Positions 13,531 through 33,923 of a stretch of 64,000 nucleotides of DNA are shown piece by piece. The number at the start of each line of letters is the position of its first letter. Positions within the stretch are counted from its first letter, which is position 1. Source of the stretch: Balanoglossus misakiensis (taxonomy: Eukaryota; Animalia; Hemichordata); NCBI GenBank assembly GCA_040954595.2, contig CM082580.2:1974783-2038782 (forward strand), given 5' to 3'. The notes below the pieces were generated by a model. That model did no database searches and was not told where the DNA came from. It worked only from the letters and a program-made list of their open reading frames with translations. The translations under genes were made by a program, and so were the position numbers.

Positions 13531-15143
13531 TTTTAGTACAGTTGAATGAATTTCTTTGAAACAGTTTCACAGCAATCATCGAGTGCAACAACAGTTAAGA
13601 TTCCAATGAAATGGTTTGCATTGATTATAGACAAAGGAGAATAATTTTGTATGTGAAAGTAAATTGTCATTAATTATTACTCAGTAGACTGAGATTATTT
13701 GTAAAAACTGTTATGCAAAATAAATGGCATTCTTTGAAAACTTTGTTATAGGTATACAACAGCGTGTCTAAGTCTTTGAATGAACACTTGTTGGGCGCTT
13801 TTTTTCCGTGGCCACCAACTGCAAATGTGTGATTGGCTAGATATATGGTAGCCACGAGAACTGCAGATTTACCTTTGGTTGGTTGAATAAACGGGTGTGA
13901 CACCCATTTATTATTTATTAACTTGCTCATATTTAAATCCAGGGTTGATGATGTGTTTGTGCATATTCATCGCTAAGGTCATTTAAATGGACCACTCTGA
14001 GTTTGAAAGTAAGATCATGAAAATCATGCAAAAAGTTGGCAGCTATTGGGGCTTTAAATAAACCCAAGAATCGGCGTATACATGTACAGACACGATACCT
14101 TAGTATAAGGACAGATCTTTTGTTGCTGAGCCCTGCACACATACTCGGTCTACACCAGCTGGAAGGTACCATACTATAACAGTTGTCGGTAAGTTAAAGA
14201 AAAAATATATTACGTTTTCTGTCACGTTTCTGGAAGGGAAAATGTTGAAACACTCTTGCTTACTGAAACAAGTAAGGTTTGTGTAAGAACAACTAGATTT
14301 GAAGTGATTCAGCAAAAATAATGTCATCCCATTTTTCGTAAAGGGATTGTCGGGACGATCACTCTGATGTGAATTTTGGTATTCTGCATGTAATGTTAGT
14401 TTTAACCCTGCATCTGCATACACAGCACATATGAGTATGACACACTAAGCTCGTATCATTTCTGAATGAATAATTCATCGTCACCTCGAGAAGGAAATCA
14501 ATGGACATGGCTAAATTGTTCTGGGGCAAAATCAAAAATAACCATTTATTTGCAATATTCATATTCATATTTGACATTCACGAAGGTTTCTATGACCTCT
14601 GTCTAAATAACTCTTTTATATGGACGTGTACAAATACCACTTCCAGTTTTGCACGCTGAAAATACGACATAAAATAAATTGTCAACTGAAGTATTTTCCA
14701 GCGAGCCCACATATGCACCTACATATACTATGATGGAGCTTTACTAAAAGTGGGTTTTGATAAACTATTGGTAAAAATGAAATGAACGGGCGGGGCAGTT
14801 GGTCAATTGCAGCTATTGTTCTGTTTTATAGAGTTGAATTTTACTGACAAGGTTATTTTTGTTGATTATGTCTATTTTGGGCGTAGATGTGTATTTTGGG
14901 CGTAGTATTATAATATGAGGGTGCTTGATACATGTATGTTTCTTTTAATTCATGGACAGTCTCGCATTCGATCATATTTTATACTGTAAATTATAAATTA
15001 TAATTATAAATTGATTTTTTGTATCCAAAACTGAATTTCAAACTGTTTTATGTGGGGTTTTTCTTATCCTGGTCCAGCGCAAGCTGGAAATGATTTTCGG
15101 GTAACTCTTGTACTCGCGCGCGTTTTCTGATCGCGTCAATCAT

Positions 15144-15414
15144 TTAAAGGTACATGGTCATCTCCAATTTACATATGTCCATAAATGGCTAAAACGGCGT
15201 ATCTGAGTGTTCTGAAGAACATATGGTGACGCTCTTTTTTTCCTATAATGTTTGGTTTCACTAGCGTTCTATTAAAGGTATCGGTCACCTATGCAAATTT
15301 AGTTACAGTTACCATGCATGGCAAATTGAGACCTAGCCAATCACAGATTTTCAGTAGGTAGTTCTATAGAACACTCAGATACGGCGTTTAATACGTCACC
15401 CCCTGTGCCTTTAA
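15144..15414. mobile_element. Kolobok-like MITE(s) with TTAA target and AGG..CCT ends
   Basis: TTAA|AGGTAC..GTGCCT|TTAA, with a second TTAAAGGTATCGGTCACC start at ~15272. Related copies at 46669-46866 and 56560-60543. Confidence 0.55.
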
Positions 15415-15505
15415 TGTCCACATTTTTTCTCACGAATTTTACGTTTTTCAGAACATTCATACTTTTTTGTACCTAGGCCTACCAAAGCCATTCACAAAGT
15501 ACAGT

Positions 15506-22512
<7,007 letters not shown>

Positions 22513-22937
22513 TTACATACAAACACAAAAGAGACATACCAGTCGAAAAAAGTACACTGGAAAAACATTTTCTGTTTTCTCACTGATTATTGACTGCACC
22601 AATCTGAGGTTCCCAATCTTATAGAAATATGATTAATGGGATTAACTCGTTCGCTTAACTTTTTTGCTTCGTCTTTGAAGCCCTGGTCAAGTTTTACCTC
22701 CCTTGAGACCAGAATATAGCCGAATTTAACCATGGGGAGCTCATCCTCCTTGTTTGTAGTATGTATGCTTGTTTGCCTGTTTGTTGTTATTGGTTGATAT
22801 AATAAACAAAAAATGTTTGTTTGTTGGTATTGGTTGACATAATAAACACTATTATTTATGTGTTTGTTTGTTTGTTCATTTTATTAGGTGCCATTGGTAT
22901 AGGCATATATACCATGGGACCTTATGGGATCGGTTGC

Positions 22938-23024
22938 GTATGTATGTATGTATGTATGTATGTATGTATGTATGTATGTATGTATGTATGTATGTATGTA
23001 TGTATGTATGTATGTATGTATGTA

Positions 23025-23077
<53 letters not shown>

Positions 23078-23121
23078 GTGTATGTATGTATGTATGTATG
23101 TATGTATGTATGTATGTATGT
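22938..23121. repeat. (TATG)n-(TG)n-(TATG)n compound microsatellite, possibly within a Helentron/DINE-like element
   Basis: The repeat is seen directly. The association with a mobile element is only inferred from the flank style. Confidence 0.85.
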
Positions 23122-23545
23122 GCACATCAAAAACTTGAAAACTGCTACGTGTTTCACCTTGATATTTGGTGTGCAGATGCAGGCTGGGCTGTAGATGGGA
23201 GTGTGTTCAAATGAATTTGTCATTGCCAAAAATATGCAAATTAGCTGGCAAAATGAGAATTTGGTCAAAACTCAGTAACTCAAGAACTACTGGTCAGATT
23301 GCTTTGCAAAGTGGTGTGTATTTACTTTATTGAGTTGTTTTAATTAAGCAGAAACCCCCTCCTGTGATTTATATACACAGAAAATTCCTGCATGATTACA
23401 TAACTGGCTAAGTTTTAAAGAGGCCAGCTGTTCTATTTAGTGTATGTACATTACGTTATGCCATTGGCAGCTTATGGGTCAGTCAGTGTTTGCCCATTGA
23501 TCTCTCGCTATGTGTGTGTGTGTATGTCTGTCTGTCTGTATATGG

Positions 23546-23772
23546 CAGTGTACTCCGGTGTAGACGTTTTCTTGTGTAATCCCTCAATGGGACCACCGTG
23601 TCCTTGACGCGATGTTTTATTTACAAATAGGCCTATGGGCACGTTTATTTGTGTGTATGTTGACAGTTTTAAGGGTTAGGGTATATTCAACGGATAGGGT
23701 TAGGGTTCAGTCACTCCACAGCATCACTCCCTGTAGGATCCAATTCCTACTTGCATGGGCCCCTGGAGTACA
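23546..23772. mobile_element. Short putative MITE containing TTAGGG-like motifs
   Basis: Inverted ends GTGTACTCCGG and CTGGAGTACAC; AGGGTTAGGG occurs twice internally. Confidence 0.35.
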
Positions 23773-25343
23773 CACTCTGGACACTCGTGTTGTATAAAAA
23801 TTCTCCTTTTATTTTACTCTCTACGAGGAGCAAACTGTTCGGTGCATACAAATAGACCGTGCACGACGTAATAACACGGTTCTAATACTGGTATAACACG
23901 GGTACAACATGGTTCTGTATAAACAAATACATAGACAAAATAAATTCACGTAAGTATTCAAAGGTAAATGTAAAATGCCGATACAGCAGTTCAAACTCAA
24001 TTACAAGCAAATTCCAAAAATACAGCGTTTACAGGTAAGTAAATTCAAATCAATTCTATTCAATCACTCAAATTTAATGGTTTATAAATGAAGTAGTCTG
24101 CGTCCTGGATAGTCGCTGCTTCTCTTGAAAAGACCGCTCTGTATCGCTAAATAAAACAGGTAAGTCTTACCTCAGATGGTGACGCTTTCAGGGGCTCAAA
24201 AAGCATGCAGTGCAGTGGTCACAAACATGTAGCCTAGAAGGCCTGACGTGGCAAAAATGAAAACTTGCACACTGGGTAGGTGCAAATTTATAGTGAGAAG
24301 GAAATTTGCATATTGGATAACCACTATGTGCATGTGCATCTGCACACACAGCCATCCAATCAGGGAGGACTGCACTTACACACCGGCCCCAAAAGGCGCA
24401 TCATCTTAAATAAGCCTTTTAAAATTATTTCATTGCAAGTCCGGCAACAAACAATAAGAAATGGTTAAACATTTGTTTAAATCAATCATTATTTCTTTTA
24501 CAAAAGGCACATCAGTCAGATAAATTTCAATTTCTTTGAATCTTTAAATTACGAATTCCAGATATGCTATTACTAATTAATTATGGTGTATGCAGTTGTG
24601 TAGAATAGCAAGTTGCTGGTCAAAACACTCATTTGAAGGCAAATGTAAATACCGATATTATCGGTATGAGAAATTCTTCACAAATAATACCCGGTAGTAT
24701 TGCACTGATTTTGCAGTTCTGATTTCATGACCTAGTATTTCATCTGAATGGAATACAAGGAAGAGACAAGTACGATTTCTTAAAATGATCGTCAGTTATT
24801 GTTGCCATTTTCAATATTCACACCAAATTAATTATACAAGGGAATCTGAATCCCAATCTGATTCCAACTTGCATGGGGAAAAAAATTCCCAGTATCATAG
24901 AGAATGAAAATGTTTGTTCTGTTTCTAAAAATATCAACAAAGAAAAATACAAGCATTTACAGCTACCAAACACTGATATAACCTGAACTATCCAGTTAAC
25001 ATGTTTTAGTAAAATTTACATTGGTTGCCTGTTTAGAATCATTTAGTCACAACAACACCTACACAGGTAAACAAGTGTGCTCACTGCCAAGATATCGGAT
25101 ATGATATGAATGAACAATGGATATGAATGAATTGGTGGTTCCACTTTATTGTTTCTTTGTTTTTAAGTGGGGGTCTGCATAGGGCTTTGAGCACCTATAT
25201 TGTTTTATTGGAATGCCTGTTGCATACTTCTGATTCAGAAAAAAAAATCCTGACATTGAATGACCGTCATACATGGATGTTTATTAGACTGAAAAAAACC
25301 CAGTAAAAACTCAACAGTGTTCACAAAATACAAATATTGGTTA

Positions 25344-28300
25344 ATGCATAAAAGAAATAAACATCAACAACAAGCATTAAATCATCCGCGAATTTTCTTG
25401 AAGAAGACACAAAGAGGAACAATAAAGCTGATAAAGGGGGCATAGTTTTACATTGCTACAGTGATAACGTCCTCCAGGGGTTTTCTTATGGTCGTACCCA
25501 ATATAATGACCACTTTCGTAATTCGATATAAACAACCTCGTAGGTCTACGCAGGGTCTAGAGATAGCAGGTCGTGATGTTGTGTATGAGAGATCGTATAA
25601 TTCTACATTGTACCACTGCGTGTACGCGTAGAGCATTGTTTACGAATCGACGCTAGCGCGCGTGCGTAAAGAACACAAGCGGAAACTATTCTACAGCGAT
25701 GAAATTCTGTGGTACCCCTTAGAATTTCATCCGCTCGATTTTGGCGCATGCGCAAAGAACACAAGCGGAAACTATTCTACGGCGGATGAAATAATTCATG
25801 ACACCGGAAACGACCGCTTGCGATTCTGCATTGGCGTCTGCAGAATTTACCCGCGTAGCTGTCGAAGAAGGCGTCGATGTTTTTGAACGCGAACCTCGCG
25901 ACAGAATCTCAGACATATGTTGCTGATCTTGTAGAGAGTTTACCGCGTAGTGGTTCACGCTTTGCACGTTCCGGTGGCCGCTGAGCTGCATAAGTTTCGT
26001 TGGAGCAATTCCGCTGTCATGTAAGCGTCTGATAGTTGTTCGTCTGACGCTGTGGTTGCTTTTTTTCCTTTCTATCCCTGCTTTTTGCACATGGTGATCA
26101 TGATTGAGTCTAATTTGTTAGCACCCATCGGTTGACGCTTGAACCAGGTAGCCGTTTCTGGTTTGTAGTTTATTGCCAGATAGAAAGGCGCGTCGTTACT
26201 CTGATGACTTGCTGGTCGATGGAGAGCGTATTGTTTGTACGCTTACACGGGACATCGAGAGGGGTCGTCCGGAATAGCGAAAGCCTTCGGTGGATACGCT
26301 CTCGGTTGTTCGCTCACTTTCCCCGATGATCTTGTTTTGTTGTCTCTCTCGTTGAACTCGAGGTATTCAACGTTATCTGCCGTGCGTTTCAAGGCGATAT
26401 CCCCCCCACAACAACTGCCTACTTTCCTGACACCCCCTAAAACCGAAGTGCTTTTGGTTGTTGAGCCACACAAGAAATAGCAGCGCTTCGGGGGTGTCTG
26501 AGCCGATCACACCTTTCTCGTAAAGGAGCTATTCCTCGGCCGCGTTTGGTTTGTTGCCTTTACCTTGGCTTTTCAGCTGGCCACGTTTCGCTTTCAATGT
26601 GGCCTGCGACGTAGTAAACCCTTTGTCGCGGCTGATGGAAAATTTGTAGCCGTGTTCACCGAGATACCTATCTATGCTGTGCTGGTATGTTGTCAGCGAG
26701 TCTGGTTCGTATTCCGAGCCGTCCTTCTGCCGAACGCCCGCGTAAAAACTGCCGAGATAGCCGTCAAGGACATCTGGTGGAATTTCGTAGATCGGTCGTT
26801 GTTCTGTCGGTCGCATGGTGCGCATCCACTTTGTTAGCTGGTTTACAGCACAATTTGTGGACTGCACAAAATCTGTCGTCATGTTCCCGCTATTTTTCGG
26901 TTACCGTCTGCTCGTTATTTTGGAAAGTTTATTTCACTTGGGATCGCTTAAAATTCGTCAAATTTTCAGGCCGTAGTCTAAAACGTAAATGCATCTTTGC
27001 GTGTATCGCTTTATTATTCTCGACATTGTTTACGGAAGTAACGTAGAAATATTTACGTTTACATGAATGGGGTAGAGCGCGCGACCTACTTATGGCTGAA
27101 AATAGTTCCGGTTGATGACGTAGAACAGGGGAAAATTCGGATTTTTTGTTCGACCTGTTCTACCTCACACAGGTGGCTATAAGGGCCAGTTCATGTGATA
27201 AGGAGAGAAAATAGGGGATATATCCATGAAATTTTAGCTGAACTACACAGGATAAAAAATAGCCCACAGCAAAAACCCAATTCTGAAAATGAGAGCGCAA
27301 ATATTGATACCATGATAAAAAGCAGACCAAAAAGACAAAGAAAGCTACCACAAAAACTTCGACGAAAGTCTATGGTATTAGATCATGGTAAAAAAGGAAA
27401 ATTGTATTGTATTTGCAAAACTAAATACAATCAAAATAAACAGTACATTAAATGTGCAAAGTGTTACAAATTGTACCATTATGAATGCATCCAATTGAAG
27501 CCAACCTTTAAATCAGGGAAAGGGCTTCTGTTTATTTGTGGTGTCCAGGCATGTAATAATGGGAAAACAGTTTTCAAAGTTAATGGTATTGAAATGCCTA
27601 TAGAAAATTTGAATAAAATAGGAGATACTAATAGTTCAATTCACCAAGAAAGCCAACCAAATAATATCTCCAATGGGCCGAAAGATAAAAGAGAAATACA
27701 AGATACTGAGACGTCATTAACAGAGACATTAAACCATGAGACAAAATCAAATCTCTGTGATGAAAATGATAGTGTTGGAATACTGCTATTTCAAGATGTG
27801 GAAAATGAAATAATGGAAAGTGATACAAATGAAATAGTTGAACAAGAAAATGAGCATAGTATCAAAAGCAGTCCTGATCAATAGATGGTGAGTCTTCAAA
27901 TAATAGCAACAACGACTTGCCAATTAGATCAGTAATTTCAAATGATACCATGAAACATGTTCTTGGGTGTGATTTAAATTCCAATTTTATTGAACTTGAT
28001 GCACCCAACGACTCCACATTTGAAATCCCTCAAGAAGTTTGGGAAAAACTCAGAAAACATCAAGAAGGAAGAACTTTTCAACGAGGTGAATGGCAGACAG
28101 TTGTTGAAAAGGGAATAGAAAAATCAAACAAACACTGTTCAATCATATTTGATTATCACAAAGTTAAAAATGCCCAAAAAACAAAAGGTGGTTACTTTAA
28201 TGTAAAAGGTCACTGTCAATCAAAACATTGCTAAATAACAGTGAAAATTAAAATGGAAAAACTCTACACATGCATTGTAAAATATGAGGGGAAAATCAAA

Positions 28301-31300
28301 CATGATCCATCCGAGAATCATTCTAGGCCTATCAGAGGAGAACGTCGACGTGCCTTGGCTGAAAAATGTGCAACTGGGCACAAACCGTTCAAACAGTTTA
28401 TTACAGAAATGAAAAACCTGGATGGAGAGACACTTCTTTCTGGAAATAGAAACTCTACTGGTCGAACTCAAAGTGTTTTCCAGAAAATATCCAGTCAATC
28501 AAGAGCTATAAAAAGAATGCACAATGATGAAGTTGAAAGTCTTATGTTGATGAAAGAATCCATGAAAAAAAATAGTGACAAAAAGTACAAAATTCCAGGC
28601 TTTATCCAACATTTTAGTGTTTCTCCTTTGGTGGTAGATTGTTTCACTGAGACCGGAATTCGTTTCTGGCATGATTTATGTAATAAAACAGTAGTTTTTT
28701 GGGATGCAACTGGTGGGTGTTTGAAATCAACAATTTCACCTGGAAGAATTTATTATTATGAGCTGACAATTGCAAACCCAATTGACCAGGGTCCAGATCT
28801 GCCACTCTCCTTCATGGTTAGTGAAGCACACAGTTTACCATATATATCATTTTGGATGTACTGTTTACGTCATGCGGAAAAAAGGATATTTCGATTTCAG
28901 GATCTGTCACAACCAATGCAAATAAATAGCGATGAAAGTTGGGTTTTTATTTTGGCAACTTTAGAAGTTTTCAATCATGAAACATATGCGTCTTTTTTAG
29001 AACGAGCGTGGCGTATTGTAAATGGCAGGGGTAGTCAAAGAGACTTGACGAAAACAATACCTCATACATGTGCAAGTCATTTTATGAAAAAGGTCAAACG
29101 TTCTGTAAAATGCTTCTTCACCTCAAAGTCTGCAATAACCAGCATGATGTTTTCAATGAGCTTACTTTTAAATTCGCAATATTTGGAAAATTTCACTGAA
29201 ATTTTATTTGAAATAAGTATTGTTTTGCAAAGTAAATTTAACTCACCTTTACTGAAGTCAACATGTAAGAATTTGGAGAGAAAAATTAGAAACATGGACA
29301 ACTTGGGCCAAGCCACTATAAAATTTTGTGAAAATATAGGAAACTTGTCAAAAGAAAGTAAAAACATTGGAAGATGAGTCTGTTCTTTCTCAACTATCTG
29401 AGGAAGAATTTTTGACAACACAGGACTCTAATTTCAAGTGACACTTCAATGATGTAAGAAAACATGTAAAAGAATGCATTGACAAACAACCATATGGTGA
29501 AAATGAAGGCAAGAATGCATGCTATTCTCCAAAATTGGCCGAGTTTATAAATAAATATTACCTACCAACTTGCCTATTTTGGTCTGCACTATTGTTAGGT
29601 GATTTGACACGGCATGAAAAAGTCAATGCAACTAACAAAACAAATACACATGAACATAAGTGGCAACATCAACAGTACAACTTCATTGATATAAAAAACT
29701 CAAGAACAATTGGACACAGTGAAAGGAGAATGGGCATTCTGAAAAATATCCAGCTGGGTGGTAAAATGTTAAGGGTGGATGAATTTTTTTCAGAAATTCA
29801 TAATGATGTGAAAGGCCAAGAAAATGCTTTCACAAGTGGGCTTCTACAAATACAGAAATCTACCGAAACACTTCAAACAATTAAAGAAAAATGGGACAGT
29901 AGAAAAAGAAAAAACCAAAGAGCTTTTACTTATCAAGCAAACCCACCAAACGGTTTGAAGGTTTTTCAAAGCCAGGACCCCAACCAAAGTAAAAGTAGCA
30001 ATGATGTAAAACGGTTTACTGCAGAACTGCGTAATGAATGGAATGAGGTACCACACGAAATAAAGTTAAATTTGCACGAGTTTGCCAATGCAGTACAAGA
30101 CAATGATAAAAGCTGTAACAGTGTTGTGGGATTAGAGAAATTTTCAAATAATTGCTGGTTTAATGCTGTCATCCAAAGCATTATGCATTGTGAAACTGTT
30201 CAACAAGCTCTACGAGTGTCATCGAAAATATCACCTTCAGAGCAGCTGTCTGAAAACCATGCAGCCTCACTTGAAAATCTCCGTTGTATGTTAAAGAAAA
30301 TGTTACCTGGGCTTCATAATCAAAGCATTCTCATGAAAAGGGATATTTTCAATACATTAAAAACATGCTGCAAGATGGCACACTTCGATTTTCGCCAACA
30401 AAATGATGCACATAAATTTTATACTAGAGTTGTGCATGAATTTCTCAAACAGATCAGAGTAAATGCAGATGTTGTGATAAAATTTGAAAGAACTTGTGTC
30501 ATGTGCAATAATGTGATATGTACTGAGGAAAAAATAAATTATCTACAACTGAGCTTCCCAAATAATAGAAATAAGACTGACAGCTTCCCCATACAAAACC
30601 TCTTTCATTCTTTCTTTGAAAAAGTTGTCTTACAATGCAATAGTTATCAATGTAAAAATGAAAACAGGTCATTTACATCAAAAGCATTTATAAAATCCTC
30701 ACCAAGTATTATTGTACTTTTATTGACGCGGTATTCTTGGAACAAAAATACAAAAAGGGTTTCAAAGTCATCTTAATCTCAAGGAAACCTTAGATATTGC
30801 TCCTCTGATGGAAAACAGTACACATGTATCAAAAATCAATTACAACCTACTTTCCACTGTGTCACATGTAGGCCCAACAGCTAGCAATGGTCATTACATA
30901 TCAACTCTATACCACAGAAATAACATTCCAATACTTTGTGATGATGCTGACATAAGGGAAATCACATCCATGCCAGACAACCACCCTGAGTACATGGTTA
31001 TTTATGAAAGAGAAGAAAAGGTGGAAACTTGTACATCAGGGTTTGAGAATAACAACATTTTAGAGGCACTGGCAAATTGGTCAGCAATAAAAAAATGCTC
31101 AGAAAATGAAAATGATTGAGAGGACATCAGTGTGAGAAGAATTGTAAACATGGATGTAGGTATAATCAAAGCTGCTTGTAACAACTTGGTAGTACATCCA
31201 GAAGCCACATCACTGTTGGAGATATTCAAATGCCTTATGAATCTCTTGAAGTCAACATCTAAAACAAGGCTCTCTGTCAAGTTTATGCAATATTATGATT

Positions 31301-33189
31301 GCACAAGGTGCATGAAAACAAGCACCACTAATATCAGGGAAATGATGATTCTGCCCGTTAAAAATCTCACCAAAGAAGGAATTACTAACATGCTGCGAGA
31401 AACCAAACTTAAGACTGCCAATAAACCATGCAGTTATATTCCTTGTAAGAACATCTCTACAAGCAACAGCATAAAACAAGTGCGAGACCCCAGTATTTTT
31501 TCAAATTGGAGACTCCCTTTTATTGCACACTGTAGATCTCTCTCCTGGTCTGCAGATATCATCCCTATTGGATCTTAGTTCAATAGTTGATGAATTTCCC
31601 CTTTGTGAAACTGGCAGAGTCTTGTTTTCACTCAAGGCGCTAGTAGCAAAAACATCAAACACTTTGAATACAGTGATATGCTACATAAAGTCACAAGGCA
31701 AATGGTATAAAAAATCAGTCTCAGACGATGGCCATGATACTGTAACAACTTTACATAAAATATCATCAGAATCTTGTGACATCATAGAATGCATTGTGAT
31801 ATACAATAGAATAAGTAAGAAGAAAATTATTCCCACCAAGATAACTGCAAACATCGTAAAAATTTCAGAAGAAGAAATGAACATACATAGTCCAAACAAA
31901 ATAGTGACAACATTAAACACAAAAAGAACAGAAAGTATGCTGGACGACATAAAAACTATGGGGGATATTTTAATCAATGGCTTACACTGTAGTAATTGAA
32001 CATCATAAAATCATTGGCTTGGTGAACAATTCTTGGTTGGATGACAGTTTAGTAACATCTTATCTGAGGCTTGTAGTAGAAGCAAGCAACAAACAGAACT
32101 CCATCTGGGTCCAGGATGCTTGCTGGGCAAGGGCAAAATTATCCCCTGGAACTGTCGGTTTACCAACACCATACAAAAATGTTAATTGGTTGGATTATGA
32201 TGTCATCTTTGTACCTTCAAATTTACAGGGAATACACTGGATTCTATTTGTCATAAAAATGCATGAAAGGCAAATCCTTGCTGTAGATCCACAAGGTCCC
32301 CTTAATACAAGTGCCATTAAATTATTGGAAAAACTGGTTAACTTCATTCAATTGACGCAGTTTCTAAAAAACGGTAAAAAGGTAGATTTCAAAGAATGGA
32401 AAATAATGATTCTGTCAGAAAATAACATTTTTGCTCATCAAGAAGACACTTCAAGCTGTGGATTGTTAGTTTGTGTATACGCGAAATGTCTAATAGTAAA
32501 TGCCCCATTACAACTAGATACTTCAAATGAAAACATCAAAAATCTTAGAAAAGTAATGGCGTATGAGCTTATGTCAAAACAAATTCTATTGCTTACCGAG
32601 GGAGTCATTAAAACAAGAATAAAAATACAGAATGTCCAAGTAGATAGAACTTTTACTCAGATAGATGGACAAAAAACAAACATCAGCAGAACATCCATTA
32701 GAAAGTAACAGATTGAAACGTAAAATACAAAAAGTAGATGTAAGCAAACTTAAAATCCAACGACTGTACAAAAGATCTGTAGAATTTGTGGAAAGTAAAG
32801 TTCTTTGGAAGTACTGTGAAGTTGATCGCAGAGTAACAAAAAACACAGCCAAGAGAACAGATTATCTAGACGCCATAATAAAACCAAAAGTCATCCGAGA
32901 TAATTACCAAATTACCGATCCTCTACAATTAGCGGTAAAACTACATACAGGTCATGCATACCTTTATGATGGCAACCACAGACTACGCATAGGAAAAGAA
33001 CTTAACAGAAAATGGGTACCAGTTGAAATTGTTAAAATGTTTTTGAATGGCTTGACTAACATAAATGGGAAGGAATGGCTAAGAGTCCCATGCTGGAAAG
33101 GGACTCCACTTCATATAAAGGAATTGCCAATCACTGCAACAGATTTGGGGTTTAATACCAAGAACTGTGAATCCTCATCTAGTGAGTAA
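25344..33189 (+). pseudogene. Mutator/NOF-foldback-like transposon polyprotein: PHD, DDE transposase, USP (C19), Ulp1 (C48), ParB/Srx-like; many frameshifts; split by a Crypton
   Basis: PHD YCIC..CAKC..YHYEC. DDE region FWDATGG, INSDES, CASH (CxxH), HSERRM. USP Cys box NNCWFNAVIQ, QQNDAHKF and His box HVGPTASNGHY. Ulp1 WLDD, HW, D, QEDTSSCG. ParB-like YDGNHRL. ATG at 25344 joins the 27195 ORF in frame once the Crypton is removed. Confidence 0.75.
25435..27201 (-). mobile_element. Crypton (tyrosine recombinase, DUF3504-type) element, ORF disrupted
   Basis: KDGSEYEPDSL, GKGNKPN, FGFRGCQE, KTR, CPV, NHSVRRT and SGHRNVQSVNHY. TGATAA direct repeats at 25429-25434 and 27196-27201. Confidence 0.9.
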
Positions 33190-33384
33190 GAAAATTAAGC
33201 TTGATTTTGCCCACACAAAAACTTTTCAACACAAACTGTTTTGTGAAATTTTGACCTGAAATTAATTAATCATCCACAGGAACCTGCAAACCAAATTTCA
33301 TGCAAAAATATTTGATCTAAATACCCGATATGAACTAATGGTAATGTGATAATATAAAACATGCAAATCAGTAATAAATTATCA

Positions 33385-33446
33385 TTAAATTACATTAAAT
33401 TAAATTAAATTAAATTAAATTAAATTAAATTAAATTAAATTAAAAT
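33385..33446. repeat. (TAAAT)n microsatellite
   Basis: Direct reading of the sequence. Confidence 0.9.
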
Positions 33447-33609
33447 AAAGTATTTCAATTTAAATAGTTCAAGTGGAATATAAACTGCTAAATGTCCGCT
33501 AGTATAGTCTAGTCAGGTCTCTGTGAGACCAATAAATGCAGTGCAAACATTTCCGTAAATATACTAATTTCAGAAATATACCATTTATTTATTAGAAAAC
33601 TTTATCAAA

Positions 33610-33923
33610 TTTATTTAAGCAATAAAACACCCCCAGCCATCGTATACCACGAGATTTTGACCAGTTCACGACATATACGCATGAGCGATAGCGAGTGCGT
33701 ATATGGAGTTGAACTGGTCAAAATCTCGTGGTATATACCATGGCTGGGGGTGTTTTATTGTTATTATATTATGCCAGTATATTGAAACTTTGCATAAAAC
33801 ATTTTAAAAAGGCATTTTCTTTGACTATGATATATGACTGTGGTATATGACTAATATATCACAGTCACGTATCGTGTCTCGACCAATAAAATAGCGTGAT
33901 TTACACCAATAATATACTGGTAT
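33610..33923. mobile_element. Non-autonomous Crypton-like element with ~150-bp hairpin (33617-33765)
   Basis: Inverted arms AATAAAACACCCCCAGC..GCTGGGGGTGTTTTATT; partial second copy at 10850-11060. Confidence 0.65.

Noticed and set aside
22821-23268. ORFs with MYVC/HTYI repeats
   Set aside because: Translations of the TATG/TG microsatellite.
23670-23710. Telomeric TTAGGG tract
   Set aside because: Only two or three scattered units inside a small IR-bounded element.
25666-25792. ~40-bp direct duplication near the Crypton 3' end
   Set aside because: Real, but only two copies and no evidence of function; treated as local slippage.
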